DNA from: Candidatus Bathyarchaeia archaeon
GTDB lineage: Archaea; Thermoproteota; Bathyarchaeia; Bathyarchaeales; Bathycorpusculaceae
Length of the DNA: 64,000 nucleotides
Direction of reading: 5' to 3'
Assembly: GCA_038882655.1 (NCBI GenBank)
Contig: JAVZNT010000001.1
Location: 32,001 to 96,000 of the forward strand
The notes beneath the pieces are model-generated. The model saw only the letters and a list, made by a program, of their open reading frames with translations, was not told where the DNA came from and ran no database searches. The translations under genes were made by a program, and so were the position numbers. Shown here in pieces: positions 29,404-38,304 of this stretch. Positions within the stretch are counted from its first letter, which is position 1. Every line of letters starts with the position of its first letter.

Positions 29404-29784
29404 ATGCCTGAAAATATAACAACATTGGCAAGGTATGGTGGCGGATATTATCTTCTGAAGCGTGATGGCGCAACCTGCGATGGTTGTGGCGAAAACTTTG
29501 AAAGACCAATTTTGGCAACCATTGTTTCTGGCAGTTCTTCTAGAACCTATTATGCTTGTCCACGCTGCCTAACAAAGGTTGGAGATGTAAAACCCGCGAG
29601 GCATGACAGAAGCGAGGAAGAGGGAAAAGCCTCCACTGTTGTTGTGCGCAAAAAAGGGGAAAGCGAATCAGAAGGGGCGAAGTGTGAGCATTTTCTCGGT
29701 TATTTGAAGAAGCGTCCAAAGAATACGCCGATACCGGACGAGTGTTTAACTTGTAGCAGAATGATTGAGTGTCTAGCCTATTAA
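29404..29784 (+). CDS. Double Cys-cluster (Zn-binding) protein
   Basis: CDGCG..F.RPI...YYACPRCL and CEHFLGYLKKR...PDECLTC...EC; start uncertain. Confidence 0.75.
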   Translation: MPENITTLARYGGGYYLLKRDGATCDGCGENFERPILATIVSGSSSRTYYACPRCLTKVGDVKPARHDRSEEEGKASTVVVRKKGESESEGAKCEHFLGYLKKRPKNTPIPDECLTCSRMIECLAY

Positions 29785-29845
29785 TGTAAACGGGTAAACT
29801 TTAAAGCATTGCCATGAGCCATAGTGAGTTTAGCGAGGCTGCTCT

Positions 29846-30541
29846 TTGCTCCCATTGAAAGATTTAAACCGTCCGTTTAGCACTCCCCACGTTAACCATA
29901 TGCTGTTAATTGTAAACGTTGTCATATTCGTGGTTTACTGGCTTTCCGACATAGGAATTTACTTTCCACCTGCGGTTGCAGAGAAAATCGGGTCTGATTT
30001 TGTCATGTATCCAAGCGAGGTTGTCCATGGGCAGAGGCTTTACACTTTAGTGACGTCCATGTTTATGCATGCTGATTGGCTACACTTGCTTGGAAACATG
30101 CTCTTTCTCTACATTTTCGGAGACAATGTTGAAGACATTTTTGGGCATCTAGGCTATCTAGTATTCTATATATTTTGCGGCTTAGCAGCAGCCTTCACCC
30201 ACATTTTAAGCATATACCTCGTTCCAGCCTACCAAAACCCAGAACTTCTTACCGCCGGGGTTGTGGGAGCTTCCGGGGCAATTTCCGGGGTTCTAGGAGC
30301 CTATCTCGTGCTTTTTCCAAAGGCTAGAATTCTAGCTCTGGTCATCTATTTTATATTGCCAATTCCTGCTGTAATTTTTCTAGGCGTCTGGTTTCTCATT
30401 CAATGGCTTTACGTAATATTTAAAGTCTACAGCGAAGTTGCCTACTGGGCGCATATAGGCGGCTTCATAGCCGGAATGATTTTGGCACTAGCCTTCGGGC
30501 TTAAGCGGAAAAGGGAGAAAATGGCTAGGCTTCTTCGTTAG
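29846..30541 (+). CDS. Rhomboid intramembrane serine protease
   Basis: SMFMH..WLHLLGNM, GASGAISG, AHIGG. Confidence 0.95.
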   Translation: MLPLKDLNRPFSTPHVNHMLLIVNVVIFVVYWLSDIGIYFPPAVAEKIGSDFVMYPSEVVHGQRLYTLVTSMFMHADWLHLLGNMLFLYIFGDNVEDIFGHLGYLVFYIFCGLAAAFTHILSIYLVPAYQNPELLTAGVVGASGAISGVLGAYLVLFPKARILALVIYFILPIPAVIFLGVWFLIQWLYVIFKVYSEVAYWAHIGGFIAGMILALAFGLKRKREKMARLLR

Positions 30542-30563
30542 TTTTCCAGCTTTGACGATTTGC

Positions 30564-30626
30564 GGGGTCTGGCCGTCATGAGTTCCTCATGTGCATCTAT
30601 CAGACTGGGACGGCGTCATCATCCCC
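30564..30626 (-). ncRNA. Box C/D guide sRNA (predicted target 23S Gm2251, E. coli numbering)
   Basis: GGGG-ATGATGA(C)-12 nt-CTGA(D')-9 nt-ATGAGGA(C')-12 nt-CAGA(D)-CCCC; TATA-like CTTTATCA about 25 nt upstream. Confidence 0.85.
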
Positions 30627-30697
30627 CAGTAAATTGACAGCGTCCCCCATTGATAAAGTCTTTGCCCATAGCAGCCTTGATGAGTGTAGTGGAGCAT

Positions 30698-31348
30698 TTA
30701 CGATATGTACTCGTATTCTAATACGACGCCCATCACGTATAAGCTATAACTATTTTCAGAGAGGTATATGTGGACGCCATAGGCGCAATTTTTGTTATCG
30801 ATTACGTGGTAAACTGCATCATCAATTAGCCATACTCGCCCAGAGGTATCTGCAGTAGATGTACTGACCTCTGCTATTATACCATAAACACCGCTAGTCA
30901 AGTTGTGCTCGCTTAGAGAAACATAAACATACCCCGTATTTGATGCGTCTGTTACGAGAACACTTATTTTTGTTATGTTAATCCCGTCAGGCAATTGAAC
31001 AGTTGCGAAGAAAATACCCAAGCCCTTTAGATAGCCAGCTCCTTTATCATAGGTTTGTGTGTTAGTTAAAGGTAAGAATGCCTCTGAGGGAATGGAGGCG
31101 TAGTTTTTCTTAGATATTCTTGATTCTAACGTTTCAACTTGGTTTTCTAATTCGAGGATTTTCAATTGAAGCTGATAAAGGGTAACATTCATATCATTTA
31201 TATTCATTTCAAGCGTAGTTGCATCAGCTTATAATGTGGAGAGGTTAGAACGTAAGTTGGTAAGTTCTCCATTCACAAAGGCAAAAGCCACAGCTAATAT
31301 TATAATGCCGGTAAGAGTAACCGCAATCAAATAATTTTTCCAGTCCAA
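30698..31348 (-). pseudogene. Membrane-anchored coiled-coil + beta-domain protein interrupted by in-frame TAA
   Basis: GGAGGTGA SD and TTG at 31348, TM helix, TAA at 31229-31231, then same frame continues into ORF 30698..31207. Confidence 0.7.
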
Positions 31349-31389
31349 ACAATCACCTCCTTTTTAAACTACAATGATTCAGCAATTAG

Positions 31390-31728
31390 TTAGAAGGCTG
31401 AATTAATGCTTTGCGAAAATTTTCTAGAAAGCGCCTTTAAAGTACCCGAAACCATTAAAACATGAACCGCTGCAGGCTTACCCATTATTTCTGTTATTGA
31501 CGCAATTGCAGCTCTAAGCTTTTCAACCTCTGTATGAGCCGTGCGAATTACGGCGAGTCTTTTTTCCACGTCGCAGTCTATCAATTTTAAGCCTATCTTG
31601 CTTGCGCCGTATTCGCCATAAAGCCTTAAAATTGCACTCCATAAAGCGTCGAGAAGATCCCTTGCTTCAAACGCTCCCGTAGAATCTATTTTTAGGGCCA
31701 GGTAACGGCGCCTCATTTTTATTGGCAA
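31390..31728 (-). CDS. rnp2: RNase P protein Pop5/Rpp14
   Basis: MRRRYLA, LYGEYGAS, VSGTLKAL. Confidence 0.92.
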   Translation of the reverse strand: MPIKMRRRYLALKIDSTGAFEARDLLDALWSAILRLYGEYGASKIGLKLIDCDVEKRLAVIRTAHTEVEKLRAAIASITEIMGKPAAVHVLMVSGTLKALSRKFSQSINSAF

Positions 31729-32462
31729 TCTTTTCCCATCCTTATTAGGCGTATTCCCGGAGCAACAAAGCGAGAACTAAGCTTTTCGCGGTTCCTCTTA
31801 ACAATCGCAAAAGGATTTTTTGAAACAGTGTCTAAGGCTGAGGGTTTGTCTAAATCAAAAAGGGTTGTTAACGCTGCCATTTCAAGAGGTTTTCTCAACA
31901 GTAGCTCACTTGTTGCGCTACTTGAAACTACAATTGGCACGTGAAAGTCTTTAGCTATGGCTGCCTCCCTCCGCAAAGTTGACAGAAGCCTTATTCTGGC
32001 TGGTCCTTTCAAAATGAGTAAAGGTTTCACGTCAATCTCTAGTGAGGCTTGACTGTTCGAGGCTAGCTCGGCTTCTGCTTTATCGAAAAATCTTCCATGG
32101 GGGTTTGTTGATGGAAAGTTTAGAAGGTCTACCCTGTGGTCTTTTGCTGCTTGCCTTGCAACAGCCTTCGACTCGCACATCACGGCTATTATCTCATATT
32201 TTCGGCGAAACCGCCTTAAAAGTTGGAGTAGCTCCTTTGGTGTTTTTGGCTTTAAATCTAGGCGTGAAGCAAAGTCTATGGCTTTTTCTTGGCACATACC
32301 TTTTAGCTGTTGGGCATATTTTTCGGCAAGGTTTGGCGAAGTTGGCAGTGCCGCAGCTATTAGGCGGTAGCCTAGCTCTGAAGCCTTGGCTATTATCCGC
32401 CTTGTCTGTTCTATGGCGCCTAGATTTGGTTGGAGGTGTAAGTCGGCGAAAATTCTCCTCAT
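31719..32462 (-). CDS. rnp3: RNase P protein Rpp30
   Basis: FADLHL, RVDLL, PIVVSSSA....LR.P; synteny with pop5. Confidence 0.88.
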   Translation of the reverse strand: MRRIFADLHLQPNLGAIEQTRRIIAKASELGYRLIAAALPTSPNLAEKYAQQLKGMCQEKAIDFASRLDLKPKTPKELLQLLRRFRRKYEIIAVMCESKAVARQAAKDHRVDLLNFPSTNPHGRFFDKAEAELASNSQASLEIDVKPLLILKGPARIRLLSTLRREAAIAKDFHVPIVVSSSATSELLLRKPLEMAALTTLFDLDKPSALDTVSKNPFAIVKRNREKLSSRFVAPGIRLIRMGKDCQ

Positions 32463-32905
32463 GGAATTATCCCAAGGCTTCTGCATAAGTCAACAATTTC
32501 TTTTAAATTGGATTTCTTGAAGTGGATTTTGAAGTGTATGGGGTCTGTTGCGCTAAACTTAAACTCGTTTAAATAAGCCGCCTGCTTGTCGAGTCTTATG
32601 TAAAGACAGCCCTTTTCAATGTGTTGTTCAATTTCGCTGCCTAAAATTTCCTTGTCCAAAGTGCTTAGGCTAGAAGCAAGCTTTTCGAGAAACGCCTTAA
32701 CATGGTCTCTTTCCTTAATTTTCGCCTCAAAGAGGGTTATTGGGTTTCCATGGTGTCCGCTTAAATTTGACTTTTTAAAGGAAATGTTTTCAGAAACTTG
32801 CGGTGGAAGTGTGTTGCGTACTGCGGATAGGACTTTCTCTTCGTCTTCTGTTGCGTGGGCAAACGCCCTCACATCAACATGGGCTACGGGAATTTTAGAA
32901 GACAA
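32459..32905 (-). CDS. COG1325 RNA-binding protein (exosome/RNase P superoperon)
   Basis: HATEDEEKV, GHHGNPI, YIRLDKQAAY. Confidence 0.9.
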   Translation of the reverse strand: MSSKIPVAHVDVRAFAHATEDEEKVLSAVRNTLPPQVSENISFKKSNLSGHHGNPITLFEAKIKERDHVKAFLEKLASSLSTLDKEILGSEIEQHIEKGCLYIRLDKQAAYLNEFKFSATDPIHFKIHFKKSNLKEIVDLCRSLGIIP

Positions 32906-32918
32906 AACGGCATCACTG

Positions 32919-33200
32919 TTATTTGCTATTCTTTTTTTCCTTCCCGCTTTTAGCTTTTCCTCTTGTTTTCTCCACCGCTGGCTTGGAAGTTTTCTTAGGT
33001 TTCACAATGGTTGCTAAAAATTCTTTTAAGGATTTGACGTTATTCTCGTGAACGGTTCTTCTTCGAGAATCAACCGGAATGCCAAGCTTCAAGGCTTGTT
33101 TTAAGCTTAATTTAACCTCTTTCAGCTCTCCAAGGCTGAAGCCTTTCCCTAAACGCTGTTTTCCACCCTTCTTGAAAACTAGCGGCATCGCTTCAGCCAT
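32919..33200 (-). CDS. rpl13e: 50S ribosomal protein eL13
   Basis: RLGKGFSLGELKEV...GIPVDSRRRT.HENNV. Confidence 0.92.
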   Translation of the reverse strand: MAEAMPLVFKKGGKQRLGKGFSLGELKEVKLSLKQALKLGIPVDSRRRTVHENNVKSLKEFLATIVKPKKTSKPAVEKTRGKAKSGKEKKNSK

Positions 33201-33206
33201 GGTGAG

Positions 33207-33782
33207 CTAGTCTCCTGTTACTGCTTTTCGACTTGGTCTAGCCTTTTCAGCTCCACGCCCCTTTTTCCTCAAGCCTCTAACCTTTTTGCCTGCACTTGTT
33301 AAGCCTCTGAAGGCTCTTCCTTTATGCTGTTTTTGGCATATCCAGTTTATATCCTTGTCCGCCTTAACAGCGGGGTGCTGAGGATCCACCATTATGACCT
33401 CAAACCACTTAAAGCGTCCATCTTCGCCAACCCAGTAGGAGTTTAAGACTTCCAAGTTTGGAAACTTTCTGGCAGCCCGCTCCTCGGCTATAAGCCTTAA
33501 GCTCTTGGCAGGCTTGTACTTTCTAACACCCATTCTTTTTGGTCTTCTGCCGGACCGTGGCCGCTGTTTTCGCAGTCCGCCTCGTCTAACGCGCACACGA
33601 GCGATGATGAAGCCTTGCTTCGCCTTATAACCAAGCTTCCTAGCCCTGTCTAGGCGTGTTGGCTTTTCCACACGTACGATTGCAGGCTCTTTTCGCCACT
33701 CTATGAGCCTCTGCCGTGTCAATTCTTCAATGAAGGATTCTTCAGGCTTTTTCCAAGCTTCTGCAATGTATTTATACGTCAT
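33207..33782 (-). CDS. rpl15e: 50S ribosomal protein eL15
   Basis: [40 protein letters not shown]. Confidence 0.98.
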   Translation of the reverse strand: MTYKYIAEAWKKPEESFIEELTRQRLIEWRKEPAIVRVEKPTRLDRARKLGYKAKQGFIIARVRVRRGGLRKQRPRSGRRPKRMGVRKYKPAKSLRLIAEERAARKFPNLEVLNSYWVGEDGRFKWFEVIMVDPQHPAVKADKDINWICQKQHKGRAFRGLTSAGKKVRGLRKKGRGAEKARPSRKAVTGD

Positions 33783-33784
33783 TT

Positions 33785-33855
33785 TTTCACCTCACCGTAG
33801 TTTACGGTTCAACCAGGCGGTTACATCCCAGCGGATTCTCATCCGCCATTGGCTC
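33785..33855 (-). promoter_or_regulatory. Structured 5' leader of rpl15e (candidate eL15 ribosomal leader)
   Basis: GCGGAU-GAGA-AUCCGC GNRA hairpin, AACC-GCCU-GGUU, and ACCGUA-AAC-UACGGU abutting SD GAGGUGA; TATA-like at 33876-33883. Confidence 0.6.
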
Positions 33856-33896
33856 TCAATGATTCCCCAACCAACAAAATAAACTTTTCCAACGGG

Positions 33897-34583
33897 CTAT
33901 TCGGTCTTTGCCTCAAGTACAGCCTTTTTAACGAGCAGATAGCCACCTTGCCCCCTCCAAGCCTTCTCAGCCTCAACAATTTTCAGCTTCTTCGTGAAGA
34001 ATGGTGCGTCAAGCACTAGGGTTTCGTATTCGCCTCCCTCGCCTACAAGAGAAACGCCGAAACGTTTGTTCAACTCAGTCAATGCGTTAATGGTTTCCTC
34101 GTCGAGTCTTCTTCCAAGCCACTCTTTTGAAAAGCCATAAGCATAAACACCAGTTATTATAACCTCAAAATTGAGGTCTAAAATCTCCTTTAAAACACTT
34201 GCTGGATCCGCCTGCCAAAGGGGTGTTAAACATTTAAGCCTCAACTGTTTGCAGATTTCTTCTATCCTCACCTTCTGATAGTTCGAGGATATAGCTCCGG
34301 AAACAATTCCGTCCACATCAAGCCCCACCAACAAACGCTTCAAATCCTCCACTTCAACCTCTTTCATTCCGGAGGTTTCGCTTTTAACAAGGGGAATTCC
34401 AACAGCTTCCGCGAACAAATCCATCAAGTGGATATTCGGGTAGTGAAACATCCAACTGTCTTCTCTCAGCGGAATCATGCTCACTAAATATTTTACATCA
34501 TAGCCCAAGCGTAAAACTCGGTAAAGAGCAAGAGTAGAATCTTTCCCGCCAGTGGCTAAAACTGCAACTTGCATGCGCTGCAT
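33897..34583 (-). CDS. Diphthine-ammonia ligase (Dph6)-family PP-loop ATPase
   Basis: TGGKDS, SWMFH.PN, GEGGEYETLVLDAP. Confidence 0.9.
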   Translation of the reverse strand: MQRMQVAVLATGGKDSTLALYRVLRLGYDVKYLVSMIPLREDSWMFHYPNIHLMDLFAEAVGIPLVKSETSGMKEVEVEDLKRLLVGLDVDGIVSGAISSNYQKVRIEEICKQLRLKCLTPLWQADPASVLKEILDLNFEVIITGVYAYGFSKEWLGRRLDEETINALTELNKRFGVSLVGEGGEYETLVLDAPFFTKKLKIVEAEKAWRGQGGYLLVKKAVLEAKTE

Positions 34584-35941
34584 TATCCCATAAGCTTTGA
34601 TTTTGCCTCTTTAAACAATGCCTCGGTTTCGAGTTGCCACTTCTCAAAGTCTCTAGGTGTTCTTGGATAACTCCGATAATAAGCCTTAACTTTATTCATT
34701 AGGTTGACTGTGACCCTTAACTTATTTAGAAAATGAATACGCTTTATGCCTCTGAAAACTCGTTTTGCCGTTTCAGTTATGTTTAAGTGGAAATCCTCGC
34801 CCAAACCAGCTTTTAAAACATCTTCTTCAGTCAGCAGCTTATATTTCATGCCATAGTTCAGGTCGTCGTTGTTGCACTTTAAGAGTAAAAACCTAAAAAC
34901 GTCTAGTGCCGCCTGTTTCATTCCATAACCTTCCATGTATTTAGCGTTGTATTGCCATAAAGCCTCTTGGCTTACATCGCCTTTCTCCAAAGCCTCTACA
35001 ATGGTCTTTCCAGCCAAATATCCACTCAACATTGAAGGACCTATGCCGCCGCCGTGAATTGGATTAACTAGGCACGCGGCGTCTCCGGTTATTATGACTC
35101 CGTTTCCAACCATGTTGTCTAAAGGTCTCCTTGTGGGGTCATACCATGCCCCGCCGTTAAGCAACAGCGAACCATCAAAGAGGGGTTTGGTTAAGACATG
35201 CTTGTAGAATTGCCCTTTTGGGTTTGGAAACTTGTCCCACATGCAGACCCCTAGTCCAGCGTTAACTTTTGCGCTGCTCTTATAGAAAATCCAGGTGTAG
35301 CCGCCCGGAGTTACCTTTTGGTTCAGATATATTTCGCAGTAGTTTTTGTCCCCAATTTCTTGTTTAAGCTGCCTAATCTCCCTATAACAAGCCTCCACAT
35401 CTTCATTGGTTATTTCCCTTTCAATCCTCATTTCATTTGGGAGTTTACGTCTTATAACAGCTAGAAAGCCGCTTGCATCTACAACGGTTTTACCTTCGAA
35501 GCAGATCTTCTCACCAGTCTTCATGTTTTTAGCTAAAACACCCGTTACAAAGCCTTTCTCAATAATGGGCTCTAAACATTGAGTCGAATCAAACAAGACT
35601 GCCCCGTTGTCTAATGTCATTCTTAAAAGCCACTGTCCAAAAAGGCGTCTATTCAAGAGGTAGCCGGAAAAATCCTCATGCCTAACAGTAAAAACAGTTT
35701 CTAAGTCAGGCGAGTATATTTTGACACCTTCTATTCGCCTCTCCAACTCACCATGTTGAGGAGGCTTCAGCCCAACACTCTTTAAATGATGCTCTCCTAA
35801 GGCGTCTCCACAAACTTTCTCACCAATTTCCCTCTGACTCTTTCGTTCAACCAAACAAACTGTCAAGCCAGCTTCAGCTGCCGTTCTTGCCGCTAGGCAC
35901 CCGGCTGTCCCAGCGCCCACAACTACGACATCAAATTTCAT
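34583..35941 (-). CDS. Geranylgeranyl reductase (DGGGPL reductase) family
   Basis: DVVVVGAGTAG, KVCGDAL, PGGYTWIF, GDAACLVNPIHGGGI. Confidence 0.88.
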   Translation of the reverse strand: MKFDVVVVGAGTAGCLAARTAAEAGLTVCLVERKSQREIGEKVCGDALGEHHLKSVGLKPPQHGELERRIEGVKIYSPDLETVFTVRHEDFSGYLLNRRLFGQWLLRMTLDNGAVLFDSTQCLEPIIEKGFVTGVLAKNMKTGEKICFEGKTVVDASGFLAVIRRKLPNEMRIEREITNEDVEACYREIRQLKQEIGDKNYCEIYLNQKVTPGGYTWIFYKSSAKVNAGLGVCMWDKFPNPKGQFYKHVLTKPLFDGSLLLNGGAWYDPTRRPLDNMVGNGVIITGDAACLVNPIHGGGIGPSMLSGYLAGKTIVEALEKGDVSQEALWQYNAKYMEGYGMKQAALDVFRFLLLKCNNDDLNYGMKYKLLTEEDVLKAGLGEDFHLNITETAKRVFRGIKRIHFLNKLRVTVNLMNKVKAYYRSYPRTPRDFEKWQLETEALFKEAKSKLMG

Positions 35942-36025
35942 GGGTTAACCTCATTCCACTCTTTAATACTCTGTATTTTGAAGCTTTTATAAATATTGAA
36001 AGCTATCTGAACGCATTTTTCTGCA

Positions 36026-36535
36026 TTATCTTTGCTGAAACACTTTTGATGGTATAGGGATAGGTATAGCTGTTGTCTCCTTAGGCGTGTCAAACACCAT
36101 GCATGTTAACGTCTTCTCTACGCCCTTCACGGTTCTCAGCTTGTCTATCACAAATCTTCCAACAGAGTCTACATCCTTGTCTTTAACTTTGATTAAAATA
36201 TCCCAATCTCCTGATATTATGTGGACTTCTTGAACCTCTGGAAACTTTGATATTTGCTCAGCTATAGCCCTCTGGGAAAGTGGCACTTCCTCCTTGTTAG
36301 TTCTGTAAGAGAAGGACGCCAATATGAAGGCTGTCACGCCAAAATCCAATTTTCTATGGTCTAGGACGGCTCTGTACTCCTTTATTATTCCTTGCTGTTC
36401 CATTCTCTTTATTTTTGCGAAGACCGTTGTTATGGGCGAATTTATTTTTCTAGCGATTTCTTTTGCCGTCATCTTGCAGTTTTTCTGTAATAAGCTAAGT
36501 ATCGCCAAATCTTTTTCGTCCAGCTTAATGCTCAT
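36026..36535 (-). CDS. Lrp/AsnC transcriptional regulator
   Basis: LDEKDLAIL HTH; EVHIISGDWDILIKV RAM domain. Confidence 0.93.
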   Translation of the reverse strand: MSIKLDEKDLAILSLLQKNCKMTAKEIARKINSPITTVFAKIKRMEQQGIIKEYRAVLDHRKLDFGVTAFILASFSYRTNKEEVPLSQRAIAEQISKFPEVQEVHIISGDWDILIKVKDKDVDSVGRFVIDKLRTVKGVEKTLTCMVFDTPKETTAIPIPIPSKVFQQR

Positions 36536-36639
36536 GCGAAAAAATTACACAAATTCAAGCTTAAAAAGGTTGCTATTTGATGAAATTACAGAATTTTCAA
36601 TAAAAAATTTAAAAATATTAATCGTCATCTTTCACACCC

Positions 36640-37620
36640 ATGAGTAGCGATTTATCCGAAAGCCTAAAGAAAAGATACATAACGTTTAGAGATAATGGGT
36701 TGGCTAAGGTCTTTAAAGTTCAGGACGAGATAATATCCTCAATTCGGGCGTTTCTAAAAAATGAAGGCTTTATTGAGATTTTGGCGCCTATAATCGGGCC
36801 TGTAACAGATCCCGGCATTAGAGGGGCAAAGCAAGCCACCATAGACTATTATGGTGTTCCCTTCAAAGTTATGAGCAGCATGATACTTTACAAACAAATG
36901 ATTATCACAGCTTTGCCAAAGGTTTTCGCACTATCGCCAAACATACGACTAGAGCCGTTAGAAACCGTGAGAACGCGCCGTCACCTAACAGAATTTAGGC
37001 AAATAGATCTTGAAGTGGCATACGCCACATGCAAAGAGGTTATGGATTTGGGCGAAAGGATGCTTTGTTACGTGGTAGCCAGCGTGAAAAACAAGTGCTG
37101 TGAGGAGCTTGGAGAACACGGAAAAACACTGAAAGTGCCAAGATCGCCATTCAAAAGGTACACGTACAAAGAAGCCCTTGAAATTCTTGAGAGCATGGAA
37201 ATAGATGTGTCATATGGCAGTGAAATTCCATGGGAAGCAGAGGAAGCCATATCGCGAATACATAACGAACCTTTCTGGATAACAAGCTTCCCAACCACAG
37301 CGAGAAGTTTCTATTATATGGAAAGCGAAGAAGAACCTGGCGTTTTAGAAGATTTTGACCTAATATATCCTGAAGGCTTCGGTGAGGCAATTTCAGGTGG
37401 GAAGAGAGAACACCGATATAGCAAGCTTTTAGAAAGGATGTTAAAAAGTGGTGAAAATCTAGCTGATTTTGAATGGTATTTAGACATGTTAAGGAGTGGC
37501 ATCCCGCCTTCAGCAGGTTTTGGAATAGGTGTTGAAAGGCTTACAAGGTTTATTTGCGGTCTTGAAAACATCTGGGATGCTGTTCCGTTTCCTAAAGTCG
37601 CTGGAATATCCTCCCCATAA
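36640..37620 (+). CDS. Archaeal asparagine synthetase (AsnRS-like, no anticodon domain)
   Basis: GPVTDPG, SPNIRLE, RHLTEFRQIDLE, SAGFGIGVERL; 326 aa with no N-terminal OB fold. Confidence 0.9.
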   Translation: MSSDLSESLKKRYITFRDNGLAKVFKVQDEIISSIRAFLKNEGFIEILAPIIGPVTDPGIRGAKQATIDYYGVPFKVMSSMILYKQMIITALPKVFALSPNIRLEPLETVRTRRHLTEFRQIDLEVAYATCKEVMDLGERMLCYVVASVKNKCCEELGEHGKTLKVPRSPFKRYTYKEALEILESMEIDVSYGSEIPWEAEEAISRIHNEPFWITSFPTTARSFYYMESEEEPGVLEDFDLIYPEGFGEAISGGKREHRYSKLLERMLKSGENLADFEWYLDMLRSGIPPSAGFGIGVERLTRFICGLENIWDAVPFPKVAGISSP

Positions 37621-37721
37621 CTAGCAAAGTTTAGTTAGAATATGAATTTCTAATTCATAACCGTTAATTATATTTTGGACAAACTGTGAAAAACGTCAAG
37701 ATAAAAAGAAGGCGCAATTAG

Positions 37722-37970
37722 ATGATGAAAAAAGCCACAGTCAAAAAAGGTGAAATGTACACGGTTGACTTGACAAAAATTGATGGAGACGGAGCTTTCC
37801 CATGCCCAAGATGTGGTGTTATAATATCTCCCGATGACGAAACTGAAGAAGTCTACCAGATTGTTGAGACAAAAGTTAAAGGAGACGATTTGGCTGAACT
37901 AGTTCTCCAATGCAACAAATGCGGAAGCACCATAAGGCTAGTGGGTTTCCTACAACCCGTTGAAGGCTAA
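37722..37970 (+). CDS. Small Zn-ribbon protein
   Basis: FPCPRCG...ISPDD...CNKCGS. Confidence 0.8.
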   Translation: MMKKATVKKGEMYTVDLTKIDGDGAFPCPRCGVIISPDDETEEVYQIVETKVKGDDLAELVLQCNKCGSTIRLVGFLQPVEG

Positions 37971-37981
37971 AAGGCGCTTGT

Positions 37982-38236
37982 TTACTTCTCTTTCTCGAAT
38001 TTTCGGCTTACTGCAACGAAAACAAGCCACAATATGGTTCCATAGAAAATTCCGTTAAAAACGGCGCTCATAAACTTTTGGTATTCGTCGGAAATTTTCC
38101 CGATTAAAGTGCATATGAAGTTTCCTGGAAATATGGGTGATGGAATTAAAAGCGAGGCTGCTAAGAACATTGAGAAGAATACTACTAGGATTGGTGCGCC
38201 CTTCATTTTCTCAAAGTTTATATGACATCTTGACAT
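37982..38236 (-). CDS. Small two-TM membrane protein
   Basis: Two hydrophobic helices, P.FPG, NGIFYG. Confidence 0.6.
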   Translation of the reverse strand: MSRCHINFEKMKGAPILVVFFSMFLAASLLIPSPIFPGNFICTLIGKISDEYQKFMSAVFNGIFYGTILWLVFVAVSRKFEKEK

Positions 38237-38304
38237 TTAATAAGCATTGCTGTAGAATTGTTAAACACAAATACACTTACACCTTAAAAATCAAGCCCCA
38301 AAAG

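Noticed and set aside
30645-30705. TTGATGA as box C of a second sRNA
   Set aside because: No D or D' box at guide distance
30589-30858. 89-aa ORF on the + strand
   Set aside because: Antisense to the sRNA and to the 30698 gene; no motif
31229-31231. Sec/Pyl recoding of the internal stop
   Set aside because: Stop is TAA, not TGA or TAG
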